64,000 nt of DNA, taken from the human T2T-CHM13v2.0 reference genome, Homo sapiens. The DNA lies in the NCBI RefSeq assembly GCF_009914755.1, contig NC_060936.1. One strand, given 5' to 3'. Position 1 is the first letter of the stretch. Each line of letters begins with the position of its first letter. The translations under genes were made by a program, and so were the position numbers. The notes beneath the pieces were generated by a model. The model ran no database searches and was not told the DNA's origin. It was given only the letters and a program-made list of their open reading frames with translations. Shown here piece by piece: positions 42,898-56,779 of the stretch.

Positions 42898-43559
42898 TAC
42901 CATTGCTATACCCATCTTCCAGATGAGAAGACTATGCCTCTGAAAGGGGAAATAAGTTGCCCAAGGACACATATCTAGGAAGAAAGAAGTAGAGCTAGGA
43001 TTTGAATCCTAGTTGCCCTGTACATACTCACGAGACAGAAATGGTAGTAGGAGAAAGGGCATTCCATGAGAATGCATCTTGCCCATCTTCGACTTCAGGG
43101 AGCGTGATAGGACCCGTGCTGCGCTGGAAATCCATCCCATAGCTGGCCCAGCCAGGGGCAGAGTGCAGCAGAAATTCTGGCACAGACTCGTACCTGGGAC
43201 ACACGGGACCCCTCTGCTAACTCCATGGTAGTCTAGGAGCTTCCGTCAACCAAACAACCTTCCTCCTGTCCTTCTGTCCTCTCTCCTTCACACTGGCTCC
43301 CTCCGGCAGGTGCAGGTGTTGACCCTTACAAATCTCTTTGCCATATGACCCTGCCTTCAAGTCTGTTTCTTGTCCCACAGGAAAGAAGAAATGGGATTGG
43401 GACATCTGCATAAGGCTCTCAGGGTGTAGGAGACGCTCCGTTGAGGTCGCTGTCATGTCTTGGGGGAGGCTGGGGAGCTGTCACTCCCAGCACTGTCTCT
43501 TTCCTGGTTGCCTGTCCTTACTTGCCCTCAGGTTTTAGGATCCCCTCATCCTATCCCCC

Positions 43560-43915
43560 TCCCGTCCCCTGTCATTCTCCCCCTCTTTATTCAAGCCCCT
43601 GTGGCCTCCTTGCTGTGCCTCAAACAAGCCAAGCAGGTCCCAGCTTCAGGGTTTTGGCACTTACTGTTCCCTCTCTCTGAGACAATTTCCAAACACCTCC
43701 CTTCAGTTAGTTTGGTCCTTTGCTTGAATACCACCTCCTCAGAGAAGTCCTCCTTGACTTCTCTTTCCAAATCAGCTCCCCTCTCCTCACTCTGCCTCAC
43801 CTGATGTGATAATATTTATTTGTGTATTTATTTGTTCATTTGTTTACTGTCTGCCTCCCTCTCTGGGGAGGGCAGGGACATAGTAAGTGCTCAATAAATA
43901 TTTGATTGATGGGTG
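43560..43915 (+). mobile_element. L2 3' end
   Basis: ccacctcctcagagaagtcctccttgac ... catagtaagtgctcaataaatatttgattgat. Confidence 0.8.
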
Positions 43916-45740
43916 GCTGAATCCACAGGAGGGATGAGGTAGGGGGCAGTTGCCCCTCGACTTCACCTTGAGGGGCAGTCTTGGGGGACCCTTGGCTGCT
44001 ACACCCCTCACTGGCTCTTGAAAGTTGCTGGGAATTGGGCACCGGCCTCAGGCCTGTGGCGAATGAGGGTTTGTTTACCTTTAGCTCCATCAGTCTCGCC
44101 TTAGGGTGACCTCAGTTCCAACCTGGGAGGCAGCTCCCATCTAATTAGTATATCTATTTATTAATTGCTGGAAGGCTGCAGGCCATAAGCGATGATTTGG
44201 TGGCCTCAGCCATAGAGAGCTGAAAGCATCCCTACAGCCTGTGAGATGGCTGTCATCCAGGACACAAGACAGCCAGTTAATGTCCTCGGACCCGGCTGAC
44301 ATTCCTGACACTGATTCCCAGGCCCACTGGATCATCCCAGCAGGCATGAGAAAGCGGCCTGGGTCTCTGGACAGTGATCCCAGGGTTGAAGGGCTTTCTT
44401 TCCCACCATGCGCAGGGACCCCTCGTTTATAATCGGGGGGAGACCCATCTTTCCTTCTTTGGCTGGGCCCCAGTTTTTCTATCTAGAATGGAGCATCCCT
44501 GGTTTGTTGAGACAGGTCATTTATTCATTTGATGAGCATTATTCAGCCCCAGCTATGTGTCCCAAGCTGCCTGAGGTGTTGGGAGTGTAGCACAGAACAA
44601 AACAGACCAAGTCCTGCCCTCATAAAGCTTCTACTTCATAATCATTTGGAGGTAGAACTACTTTTCTTCAAGGATCGTGAGAAGTAGAAAGTGACAGCTC
44701 CATATAGACACTTGGCCTAGGGCTGGGCATGTTGTGAGCCTTTCCTAATGGTGATTATTATTGCTATTTATTATCTTTATTAGCAATTGTTATTATTATC
44801 TTTCTTAAAATGGGAGGGCATTTCCTGTTGAATTTCAGTTGCCTTGGGAGCTGCACCTGCAATGATGGGCGCTGGGCTCGGAGCAGTCAGATCTTGCTTC
44901 AGACCCCGGTCTTGCCACTTCCTCACTGAGAGGCTTTCGGCAACTCCCCAGTTTTGTAAGCCTCAGCTTCCTCATCTGTAAAATGGGACTGAAACACAGC
45001 CCCTACCTCATAGGGACATTGAGAATATTTGATTTGATGCAGAGCCCATAACACACACTTGGGACACCATCATTCCCCAGTAAACAGGAGTGACTAGTAT
45101 TACCTTTATTATTATTGCCATCGTTGTTTGTCATTCACCTCCAGGCCCTCACTGCTCAGCTCAGTGGTGCCCAAATCTGGGTGGAGCCTAGAGATTCGTT
45201 TGCAGTATTAGCTGCTCAGGTATCAGATGAGAGAAGCTCACCTGAACTCCAGCCAGGTGCAGGAACCCCCACCACACCCTGTAAGGACAGGAATCTAACC
45301 TGGGTCTTCCTCCCAGCCCGGCCCACCCGGAGCCAGCAGCCAGCAGCCAGGTGCGCTGGCTCTTTGCAGAGAAGCTTGGGACAGGAGGTCAGGCCTCCCT
45401 GCATGCCGCTTGGCAGGGCTTAGCAAGGCTGGGCCTGGCTTTGTGGTTCAGAAGACAGCTTGCGGAGAGACCAGTGCAGGCCTGGGATTTCTTTAACAAA
45501 TGGCGCCTGCACTCTTACTGCCATGCAAGCCAGTGTTCACAGCCCTTTGTATTGTCTTATTTTTAATTCCCACAGCAACTTTATGAAGGGAAAACGATGA
45601 CCATTCCCATTTTACAGATGAACAGAGTGAGGCACAGAAGGCTCAGTCCCTGGCTACATTGCCAGGAAGCGGCCCAGCCTGGACTTGAACCCAAGACCCA
45701 GGGCTGTTGGCCACCCGTGTTCCTGCTCTGGACTCACTAA

Positions 45741-46142
<402 letters not shown>

Positions 46143-46879
46143 CCTTGCTGTTCTTTTTAAAAACCTCTGAAGATACCTTGCCACTGTCAACTCATGGAAA
46201 TGGATTTGGGCCCCAAAGCCTGAGAAGCATGGGTCAGGGGAAGGTGAGAGAAAGCTCCCGGTTCCCAGCGTGTCTCCCAGCCTGGAGAATGAGCACCACC
46301 CGGCCATCCATCCCCGGCCCCCGCTGGGTCCCGGAGCCGCGTGGCGCGCCCTGTCGTCCGGCCTGCATTCCGCGAGATGGAATTCTCGGCTGGGGCTGAT
46401 AATAAGCAGGTATTGATTGCTGCCGTGGTCATTATCAAGATTTATTTAGTCAATATGGCCTCCCCGGTCAATAAATCGTGTCGTTGATAAAGAAGGAAGG
46501 AGATAGACTTGTAGCCTTTATTAAAAAAGTTTTTTAGATTTTTTTTTTAAAGCCAAGTCCAGCCCTCCTTTCTGTGGCTGTACCAGCCACACTCTACAGT
46601 TCGCGTTTTTACCTTATAAGCTCTTTCTTTCCATGGCAGACCTTATACTCATTGCTCTGACTCCAAGAAGCAAGGACTTGGGGCTGGGGCTAGGGCTGGA
46701 GAATGGTCCCTGACCTTTGTTCTTTCATTGAATCCTCCCAGCATCCCTTGGGGCAGGCTCTGGTGTCACCCTATTTTGCAGCTGAGGCTACTGAGGCCCA
46801 GGGAGGTTCATTTACTAGCCCAAGGTCACACAAGACTCGAACCCAGACAGTCTGGCCAGAGTCTTTGCTCTGAATCTGA

Positions 46880-47400
46880 CATTCATCCATCAAATAGCAG
46901 GTATTTCTTGAGCACGTGCTATAGGCCCCGCACAATGCCAGCTGCTGGGTGTGGAAGGGCAAGCTAAACAAATAAATGTGTAATGACAGAAATAGAAAGA
47001 ATGGAGGAAAGAGCGCTGAAATCACATGGAGGGGCCGCCTGTTTATTTAGGGTGATGATGGAGGCCCACACTGGGTAGGTGACATTTAGGCTGAGACCTG
47101 AACCATGAAGAGGAGCTGTGCAGGCACAGTTCAGGCAGGGGAGCTCACAGCTCCAGGAGGAGCCTGTGCAAAGGCCCTGAGGTGGGACTCAGCTTGTAAA
47201 GTCCTGGAACCAAAGGGAGGCCAGTGAGGCTAGAGAGGGGAGAAGAGGGGAGGGAGAGAAGTCACAGGGGGAGGTGGTTACTGCTCACGCAGGCCCTTTT
47301 AGACCACGGTAGTGGCTGGATTCCTTTGAATTCTATTATCATGGAAGTGGGAAGATACTGAGGGTCTAAAACGGGAGAAACGAGATCCAATTTATGTTTG
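46880..47400 (-). mobile_element. L2 fragment
   Basis: aggtgacatttaggctgagacctgaac ... tgtgcaaaggccctgaggtggga. Confidence 0.72.
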
Positions 47401-48132
47401 GCTCCCGCTGGGTTCAGCCTGATAGGAAACATTGAAGGGAGGGAGGGGACGTTTGGAAAATAGGCAAAGGACAGCATCTGTGATGAACTGGATGTTGTCA
47501 TCTCTGCCCAGAGAGGAGTTCTTCGTGGCAGGAAGCCTTTGGGCACGCAAACGTTTCGAGGACTAGCACTCTACAGCATTGTGGGAGTGGAGAGATTGCC
47601 ATGGGAACATGCCTGGTACCCCCAGCAAGGTGGGAGCTGTGCTTCCTTGGTAAGCGTATGGCTGGTTTTCTGTGTGAGTGGCCAGCTGGTGTGGATTTGT
47701 AGGCTTTTAGCGGCAGGCATGCAGTGGGCAAGGGGCGCCTTCTCTCCTGGACATAGAGCTGGTGCAAGGAGGGTCATGGGGGATTGGGTTATGTTCTGAG
47801 AAGGGCCCTTTGCCCAGTGGTCTCTGTGGGCATTATTACCAGTGTGTTTCCAGGTGCCACTTGTTAGGAAAGGCCATAAAAAGATGAGGTGACTAAGACG
47901 GCGTGGCTGTAGAGCCCGGGCCACATGCAGGTATTCTGTCCCAGGGGGTCGTGTGCTGACTTTCATATATGGGGATGCTGTTAGGTGTAAGAGAGGTTGA
48001 ATGTCTACCTGGGGGACTGCAGGGGATGTGGGCTGGAGTATGGAATAAAGAGAACTTTTTCACCTTTTAGTTTTGTCTAATCTATGAGCACCTGTGGACT
48101 GGAAGTAGCAGGGGTTGGGGGATCACCTCTTT

Positions 48133-48575
48133 ATCATCCATCATCCACTCATCCACCACCCACCCAACATTGTCTTATCTACTCATTCATAAATCTGCTC
48201 TCTCATCCACTGTATCCATCCACCTAACACTTTATCCAGCTGTACTTCCCCATTTCTTACTGATCTTAACTATCCATCCATCTGTCCACTCATCCATCCA
48301 TCCCATGAATCCATCCATCTATCCATCCATGAATCCTTCCATCCATCCATTCATGAATTCATCCATCCATCCATCCATCCATGAATTCATCCATCCACGA
48401 ATTCATCCATCCATCCATCCACCCATCCACGAATTCCTCCACCCATCCACCCACCCATTCATCTATCCATTCATCCACTTAGCCACCCAGCAACCTTCTC
48501 ATCCACCCATCCACATATTTGTGCATCCAACAAAAATCCCTTCCTCCATGCATGCATCCATCCAACATCTACTCA
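48133..48575 (+). repeat. Degenerate (TCCA)n simple repeat
   Basis: Read directly from sequence. Confidence 0.9.
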
Positions 48576-49299
48576 GCCAACACTAGGAATGTAAAGATGA
48601 AAAGAAAGCAGTCCCTGTTCTTAAGAATGCTTTAGATTGGTGGAGGAGTCAACTGTAGTGAAATAACCCCAAAATGACATAATTAGCACAGTAATCAGAG
48701 GCTGTACACAGAGCTGTGGGGAACAAGAGGGGAGACAAACACTGGCCCTGCAGGCCTGTGAGGTTGGTGAGGGCTGCTGGAGAGGGTTCTAGACTTGAGA
48801 CGTGTAGTTCTCCCCTCCTTCCCCATCTGGATTCAGTGATGTTCTCTAGCCTAGGTAGAGGGTGGGTGGTCTCAGAAGGCAGCCTGCCTTCAAGGAGACA
48901 CCACAGGAACCATGGTCACCAAACCCTGGATGGGCCCAGGAAGGACCAAGCTCTGTCCTGTAGCAGATTGGAGCCCAGCAAGGTCTTTTTGAGAGAGACT
49001 TTTTTGGGCAAGGGGGATGGTCTGTGACCAAGGAGGTGGACAAGGCAGATCATCAGGTCTGCCACTAGGACAGGGGCTCCCTGGTTTTACTGTTCAGTGC
49101 AGATTAGCAGCCCCTAACCTCTGCATGGTGCTTGGAGCCTGTCAGAAATGGTTCCACCCACCTATGCTGTTGGACCACCTCCCATTCTGCAGAGGAGGAA
49201 ACTGAGGCAAAAGGGTATATGAAGGAAGGCAGGGCAGAGAAACCCTTCACCTACATCCTCCTCTCCTGCTCAGCCACATTTATAGAGCATCTGGCTCAC

Positions 49300-51640
49300 A
49301 CTGTATCTCCATTTCTGTATCTCCCACCCACCCTGCCGCTTCCCCCACAGAGCCCCCTCTTGGCCCTCCTGATACTACATTCTCTTCATTTTCCTCCTAC
49401 CTCTTGCCGCCACTTCCCTGTTTCTTTTCAGACCCATCCTCCTCTGGCTGGCCTCTAATTATGTTGGTCCTTTCAAGGTCCATCTCTTCTCACTCTGTGC
49501 CCTGACCCTGTGTGACCTCATCTGTATCCACAACATCACTGCCTCCCAGCTCTCCAGTCCCTGCCTCTGGGTGTCAAACCTCTCTGTACAATAGCCTTCT
49601 TGACATTTCTGTCTTTCTTTTTAAGCCACTTTATTTGACTTTTCTTGAATGTCTGTCTCAAAGATGTCTCCAGGTCAAGACGTTCAAAACCTAATTTTCT
49701 CTCCATTGTAGGGTCTTCATCTTAGGGATGGCTCCATCCGGGTCTACAGGACAGAAACCTGGGAGCTACCCTGATTACCTCCCTCTCCTGTATGCCCCCT
49801 ATGTCCAGTTCATCACTAAATCCTGGGGATTTACCTCCTAGATACCTCCTGCATCCCATCTCCTACCTCCATCTCCACCATCGTCACTTGGACCCATGCC
49901 CCCATTGCCTCTCCCGCTGGACTTTGGTCTCCTAATTTCTTCCTTTGCTGACTCTGGCTTCTCCACTCTTTTGACCACAGCAGCAAGTGAGGTTATTAAA
50001 AACTTGTTAAGAATTTTTTAATAGAAGTTTAGGAAGAAGAATTTCTAGGGGACGATGAAGAGAGGTTGGTTAATGGGTACAAACATACAATTAGATAGAA
50101 GGAATACATTCTAATGTTTGATAGCAGAGCAGGGTGACTATAGTTAACAGCAGTGTATTGTGTATTTTAAAATTGCTAGAAGAGAGGACTTGGAATGTTT
50201 CCAGTACCTGGGTGATGGATATCCTAAATACCCTGACTTGGTCATTACACATTCTATGCATGTAACGAAATATTACATGTATCTCATAAATATATACAAA
50301 TATTATGTATCAATTAAAAATGCATTTTGTTTTAAAAAGTACCATTTCCAATGGCCCTCCATTGCCTTTGAGGTGAAAGCCTCAATGTAACTAACCTTCC
50401 ATGCTCAGCATGGACTGGTCACTGCCCTCTGTTCTTGGTTTATAGTGTCGTTCAAGTCTTCTATTTTCTTGTTGATTTTCTGTCTAGTTGTTCTTTGCAC
50501 TGTTGAAAGTGGGGTGTTGAAGTCTCCAACTGTTGTTAAATTGTCTATTTCTCCATTTCTGTCAATTTTTGCTTCATATATTTTAGTGTTCTATTAGGTG
50601 CATATATACATTTATAATTGTTATCTCTTCCTGACAGATTGGCCCTTTTATTTAGCAAAGGTCCTTCTTTCCCTAGTAACTTTTTTTTTTTGTTTTGTTT
50701 TAGAGTCTATTTTGTCTGATATTGGTATAGTTACTCCCAGTTTCTTATGGTGGCTGTTTGCATTATATATCTTTTTGTATCCTTTAATTTTCCATCTGTT
50801 CATGCCTTTGAATCTAAAGCGTGTCTCCTATAGACAACATATAGTTGGATCATGTTTTTTATTCAGTCTGAAAAACTCTGCTCTTTGATTGGATTGTTTA
50901 ATCCATTCATATTTAATGTTATTATTGCTATGGTAGAATTTATGTCTGCCATTTTGCTTTTTGTTTTCTATATCTTTTTGTTCCTCTATTTCTCTTTTAC
51001 TACTTTCTTTTGCATTGAGTGAATATTCTCTAATGTAGCATTTTAATTAGTGAGGTTTTTTTTTTAACTATATTACTTGAGGATTTTCTTAGTGGTTTGT
51101 GCTAGGGTTTACCATATATATTGTAACTTATAGGAATCAAGTTCAGATTTATAGCAGTGTAATTTCAGCATGCCTTTCATTCTTTTTTAATGGACACATT
51201 ATAATTGTACATGCGCCCTCTGTTCTTGATCCTGAGCCACATTCCCTATGCTCGCCATGTTCCAGTCACACGTGTCTTCTTTGTTTCCCCGGCACCATAG
51301 CCCCCATGGGTGACCTGCTCTCTCTGCCTGCGACACTCTTCCCATACTTCTTCCCATCAACTCCTCCCAGATCCTTGGAGCTTACTCAATATCACTTCCT
51401 TGGGGCAGCTGCCTGCTCCACCTTGTATGGCCCCATGAGGCTGTGCACCCCAACTTTACAGCACTTACCATAGCAGGTGTCAGACATAGCTCTGTGGGTT
51501 ACTGATGAACACCGGCCTCCCTCTGTGGATTGTCATCACCATGAGGGTATAGAGCAGCTTGTCCCCAGAACTGAGCAGCAGAGGGCAGAGCACATAGTAG
51601 GCCCTCAAAAAAAAAAAAAATCAGTCAAATGAACAAACAG
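49300..51640. mobile_element. L2 (+) interrupted by an L1MA 3' end (+, ~50040-50320) and an L1M fragment (-, ~50435-51170)
   Basis: L2-type C/T-rich segments either side; L1MA motif ggttggttaatgggtacaaacatacaattagatagaagg; antisense L1 gaaagtggggtgttgaagtctccaact. Confidence 0.75.
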
Positions 51641-51644
51641 GGAT

Positions 51645-51950
51645 GGATGTGAGTGTGATGTGAGTGTAATGTGAGTGTATTTGTATACTTACGTGTGTAT
51701 GTCTGCATCTTTGTGGGTACATATCTTTGAGTGTGTTTGTGGGTCTTTTAATTTTTGTGTCTGTGTCCTTGTATGTGTATCTTAGTGTGTTTCTGTGTGT
51801 GTGTCTTTGTATCTGTGTTTTTCTGAGTATGTCTCTGAATGTGTGCCTGTGTATCTGCATCCACATGTGGGGATCTGTGTGTGTGTGTCAGTGCGTGTCT
51901 TTGTTTATTTGTGCACCTTAGTATGTCTGTGTATGTGTTTGTGTGCTCAT
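51645..51950 (+). repeat. Degenerate (TG)n low-complexity tract
   Basis: Read directly from sequence. Confidence 0.85.
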
Positions 51951-53057
51951 GCTCCCAGGCAGAACTTCTTTCAACATCTCCTTGCCATGCAATTGTATTC
52001 TGTCTAGTTTGGTGTGGCATTTAATGACTTCCCCAAAGCTAAGCATGGCCACTGCAGAGTTGATCTCACTGTGATGGAGGTGACACGGGCATGTGGGGCC
52101 AGTGGCAGGCACTGCCTCCCCAGGATTGCCTGCTGTACCTGCTGAAGCTCCCCCACCCCCACCTTCATCCCTTTGAGGGGAAAACCCCAGACGGGTAGCT
52201 AGGTGCAGGGGCAAAGCAGGGTTATTGCCGAACAGACTGGCTCTGCTCTTGCCAGATACATGAGGCCGCCAGAGGACTGCTCAGTGCCTCAGTTTTCTCA
52301 TCTGCAAAATGGGGATAGCAAAAATAATCCCCTCATAGCATCTCCACATGGAGGAAATGAGCGCCTGTACATGCAGGGCCCAGCACGGCGCCTGGCACAT
52401 ACCAGGGGCTCCAGAAATGTGATTTTGTTTCTCGTGCTTGCTCCCCGGTGGCTCTTGCCCCAGCAGTGGGAGAGTGATTTTCCACTAAGTCCCACTAATG
52501 ACAAGAAACGCTCTTCCTTCAAGGGGGCCCTTTCCCAGTGTCATCTCTGGGGCCATCCAAGGGCTCTAGTGAAAGCAAAATCCTAACCCACTTAATGCTG
52601 AGATGTTCAGAGGCCTCCCATGGACACACAGCATTTCCCCAGCAGAGATGGGATTTAGCCCCAAGAGTATTCTATGAATCTGCCACGTACTTCCATAGTC
52701 TCCATCCTTAGCATTCTGTCTCACTATCTCCGCTTCTACATCCTCCATACTCCTCACACTTCCCAGCATTGCATTTTCTGTTTCCTCTGCCTGGAACACC
52801 ATTCACATTGCTCTTCGTGGGCCCTGGCCCTCTTTCCCTGACTCTGCGCTGGGTTGGATGTCTTCTTTTAGGTCTCACTTGGACATCCCTGGCCTGGGCT
52901 GCTTTCCATGTTTCCAGATGATTCCCCAGTTCCTTGTTGGTCTCCCGTATCAGACGGTGAACTCATTACCATACATTAAAGCTACAGTACTTGGCATGGT
53001 GATTGGTAAACATTGAATGCCTGGTGGCCTGATCAGAGGTTACCTTTTAAAAACTCA

Positions 53058-53530
<473 letters not shown>

Positions 53531-53818
53531 TTATAATAGCAACCTCACCCTAGGCATTAGCTGTGCCAACTTTGTGACTGGTGTGGAGGTGACTCTGCCT
53601 TCTCTGGCCTCAGTATAGCCATTCCAGATAATGGGCAGAATTTACATGACCTTTCAGCAATGAGAGCAGCTCAGAAGAGCTTTTTAAATTTTTTTAAATT
53701 TTATTTTTATTTATTTCTAGTTTAACAAGCACTTGCCAAGGGTGGCTTATGTGACTCTAAGTACTTTCTAAATACCATCATTTAGTGGTTTAATTCCCAT
53801 CACAATTCTATGCTGTAG

Positions 53819-54113
<295 letters not shown>

Positions 54114-55419
54114 TAGACACTCTTAATATTCCCATTTTGCAGAGGAGGAAGCTGAGGCACAGAAAGGTTAAGTGACTTGTGCAAGGCCACACAGCAGAGC
54201 CAGGCAGTCTGACTCCACAGTCCATGTTCGTACGCTCTCCTGTCTCTTGTTATTTCTCTTTACTATGCAAAGCAGAGACTGTGTATCATTGGGACAGGGC
54301 TACTACATGTCCAGGTTCCCTCTTTTCTCCCCAGAAGCTGCTGTATGTGCAGATTGGCCTCATAAAGGTCTAATGTGATGATGGGTGGCTCTTGGTGGAC
54401 CATGTTGTCTGGCAGGAGTCGGGGCCTGGGCCCAAATTACTGGGACAAGCATCAGGGATGTCAGAGTCCCAGAGGCCACCGTCAGAGCTGGTCACCATAG
54501 CAGCATACACTGGGGGACTAGGCCAATTTCCTGTCCTTCCTATCCTGGGGTAGCTGGACCCTGGGACCCTCGGGCCAGCAGCCTGGAAGTCGCAATGAGG
54601 CGGCCCCGGCCCTCGGAGGATATCCTCTTCAGCCTCTGCAAGCAAGGGGGTTGGTCCCACGGCCCTTGGCCTACTTTGTGAAATTCATCTCTGGAAAAAA
54701 ATTATTCTCTGAGCAGAGCAGAGCATCTTGGCATATCACAGTGGGTGAGGCCTGCTGAGGCCGTCTGCCTCCCTGGAGGGGGCGAGGAGAGAAACCAAGG
54801 CCCAGCTCCTGCCTCCCGCCTGGCCCCCAAGGTGGGGCACCTGAGGAAGGCAGCCCCCCTTCCCCCAGCCCCCGGAGCTTGCCCGACTGCCCCAGCGGTC
54901 CCATCGGCGCACGTTTCCTGTCCCCTGCCCAGGATGGCACCCCTAGAAGGTTGGGGCTGGCCCAGCCTCCCTACAGGTAAGTAGGCTTGAGCCAGAGGAT
55001 AATTTGTTTCTGTGGGATGTATTGATGAGCTGCCCTAATTAGGCACCTTGCTAATGAGAATCAAACCACTTCGCTGGGAGTCGGGCTGATCGCAGCCTAG
55101 CTCTGCCGTGAAGCAGCCATGGTCCTGAGCAGGCCACTTAGCTGCGTGGCTCTCAGTGTTATCTTCTGTAACATGGGGCTTCCTGCGTTCTTTCCCCTCC
55201 ATAGCTAGATTGTTTGCTATGCCCCTGGAGACCTCGGGGGCTGTTGAGATCCGAGGCAAAAGGCGGAGGCCAATTGTGGCTTTCTTTGGGTGTTCTTGTC
55301 ACTGGTGGACAGATCCATGGATGCGTTTCTCATGCCGGCCTCTTGGATGGATCTGTCAGGGAAGGAGGATGCTAGAGACGAGGACTGTTCTTAACATGTG
55401 TGACTGCATGTGTCTCTGT

Positions 55420-55984
55420 AAACGCAGCAGTCATTTGTTGCTGGGTAGCAAGCCACCCCAAACTTAGTGGACAGAAACAACTCTTGTATACCTGATTCTG
55501 TGGGCTGGAATTAGGACGGAGCCCAGTTGGTTCAGCTTGTCCCCACTCCATGATAGCTGTGGCTTCATCTGGGCAGATTCAACATTTGCGGGTAATTTGA
55601 CAACTCCCACATCTGGCAATTGATGCTGGCTGTTGGCTGGAACCTCAGCTACCTGTGGGAACCCCAGTTTATGGCCTCTCTGCAGGGTCTCTCTGTGTGT
55701 TCTCCTTTGGGCTTCCTCACAGCATGGTGGCTGGGTTCCGAGAGGCAACATCCTGAGAGAGCCAGGTGGAAGTGCAGGTGTTTTCATGCTCTTGCCTTGC
55801 AAGTTGCTAGTATCACTTCCATCTACTCTGCTGATTGGGGCAGTAACAAAGGTGGGCCCAGGTTCAAAGGGAGGAGGACGTAGATCCCACCACTGGGTGG
55901 AAGGAGTGTCAAGGTCACCTTGCAGGAAGCCTTGGTGGCGAGGGATATTATGGCAGCCATCTTTAGAAAAGACAGTTGGCTACA
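55420..55984 (-). mobile_element. MLT1F-like MaLR LTR
   Basis: ccaccccaaacttagtgg ... gggcttcctcacagcatggtggctgggttcc ... ggcagccatctttagaaaa. Confidence 0.8.
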
Positions 55985-56026
55985 GTGAGGGCGATGGTGG
56001 TGGTGATTCAGGTGACTCAGGCTGGT

Positions 56027-56591
56027 TGTGACAGGCTGTAAAGGGAGCCAGTGCGGCAGGAAGTGGCTGAGCAGGAGAGTAGATGTGACAGGAGGTTGTG
56101 TGAGGTGAGTTGGTGTGACAGGAAGTAGCCAAGTAGGGAGTGGGTGTGACAGGAGGATGTGTGGGGGACAGAGTGTAACAAGCGGTGGCCAAGCTGGAAT
56201 GGTTGTGACAAGAGGTTGTGTGAGGGAATTCAGTGTGACAGGAGATTGTGTGGGGGAGTGTGACAGGAAGTGGCCAAGTAGGGAGTGAGTGTGACAGAAA
56301 ATGGCCAAGCTGCAATGGTTGTGACGGGAGGTTGTGTGACGAGAGTGAGTATGACAGGAAATGGCCTGAGCTGCAGTGGGTGTGATAGGAAGTGGCCCAG
56401 TAGCAAGTAAGTGTGACAAGAAATTGTGTGGGGGAGTCAGTATGACAGGAAGTTACCAAGCTGGAGTGGATGTTACAGGAAGCTGTGTGAGGGCAATGGG
56501 TGTGGCAGGAGATTATGTGAGGGAAGTTAGTGGGACAGAGACGGCTATGTGAGTGGAGTGGAGTGGGTGTGACAGGAAGTGGCCACTGGAG
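56027..56591 (+). repeat. Degenerate ~30-bp minisatellite, ~19 units of two variant types
   Basis: Units start TGTGACAG(G)A. Type A continues AGTGGCCAAG..., type B continues GGTTGTGTGAGG... Confidence 0.9.
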
Positions 56592-56779
56592 ATCTGGCTT
56601 TGTCTGCCATGATGGAAGTGGGCCTGCCAGTGACAGGGCCCTAGATGCTGACAGCACCACCTTTCCTTGCTTTCCAAGCTGCCCTCTTGAGGGCCTCAGG
56701 GTGACCAGGCCGATTCCAACGTGGGGACCCAGACCTCCTTACACGGGCCCCATCTTTCTCCCTGCCCTAGCCTCCACCA

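Noticed and set aside
55823-56660. 198-aa and 226-aa repetitive ORFs; CRISPR-like look of the array
   Set aside because: The ORFs are minisatellite translations. The tails fall into two recurring types rather than unique spacers, the DNA is eukaryotic, and there are no cas genes.
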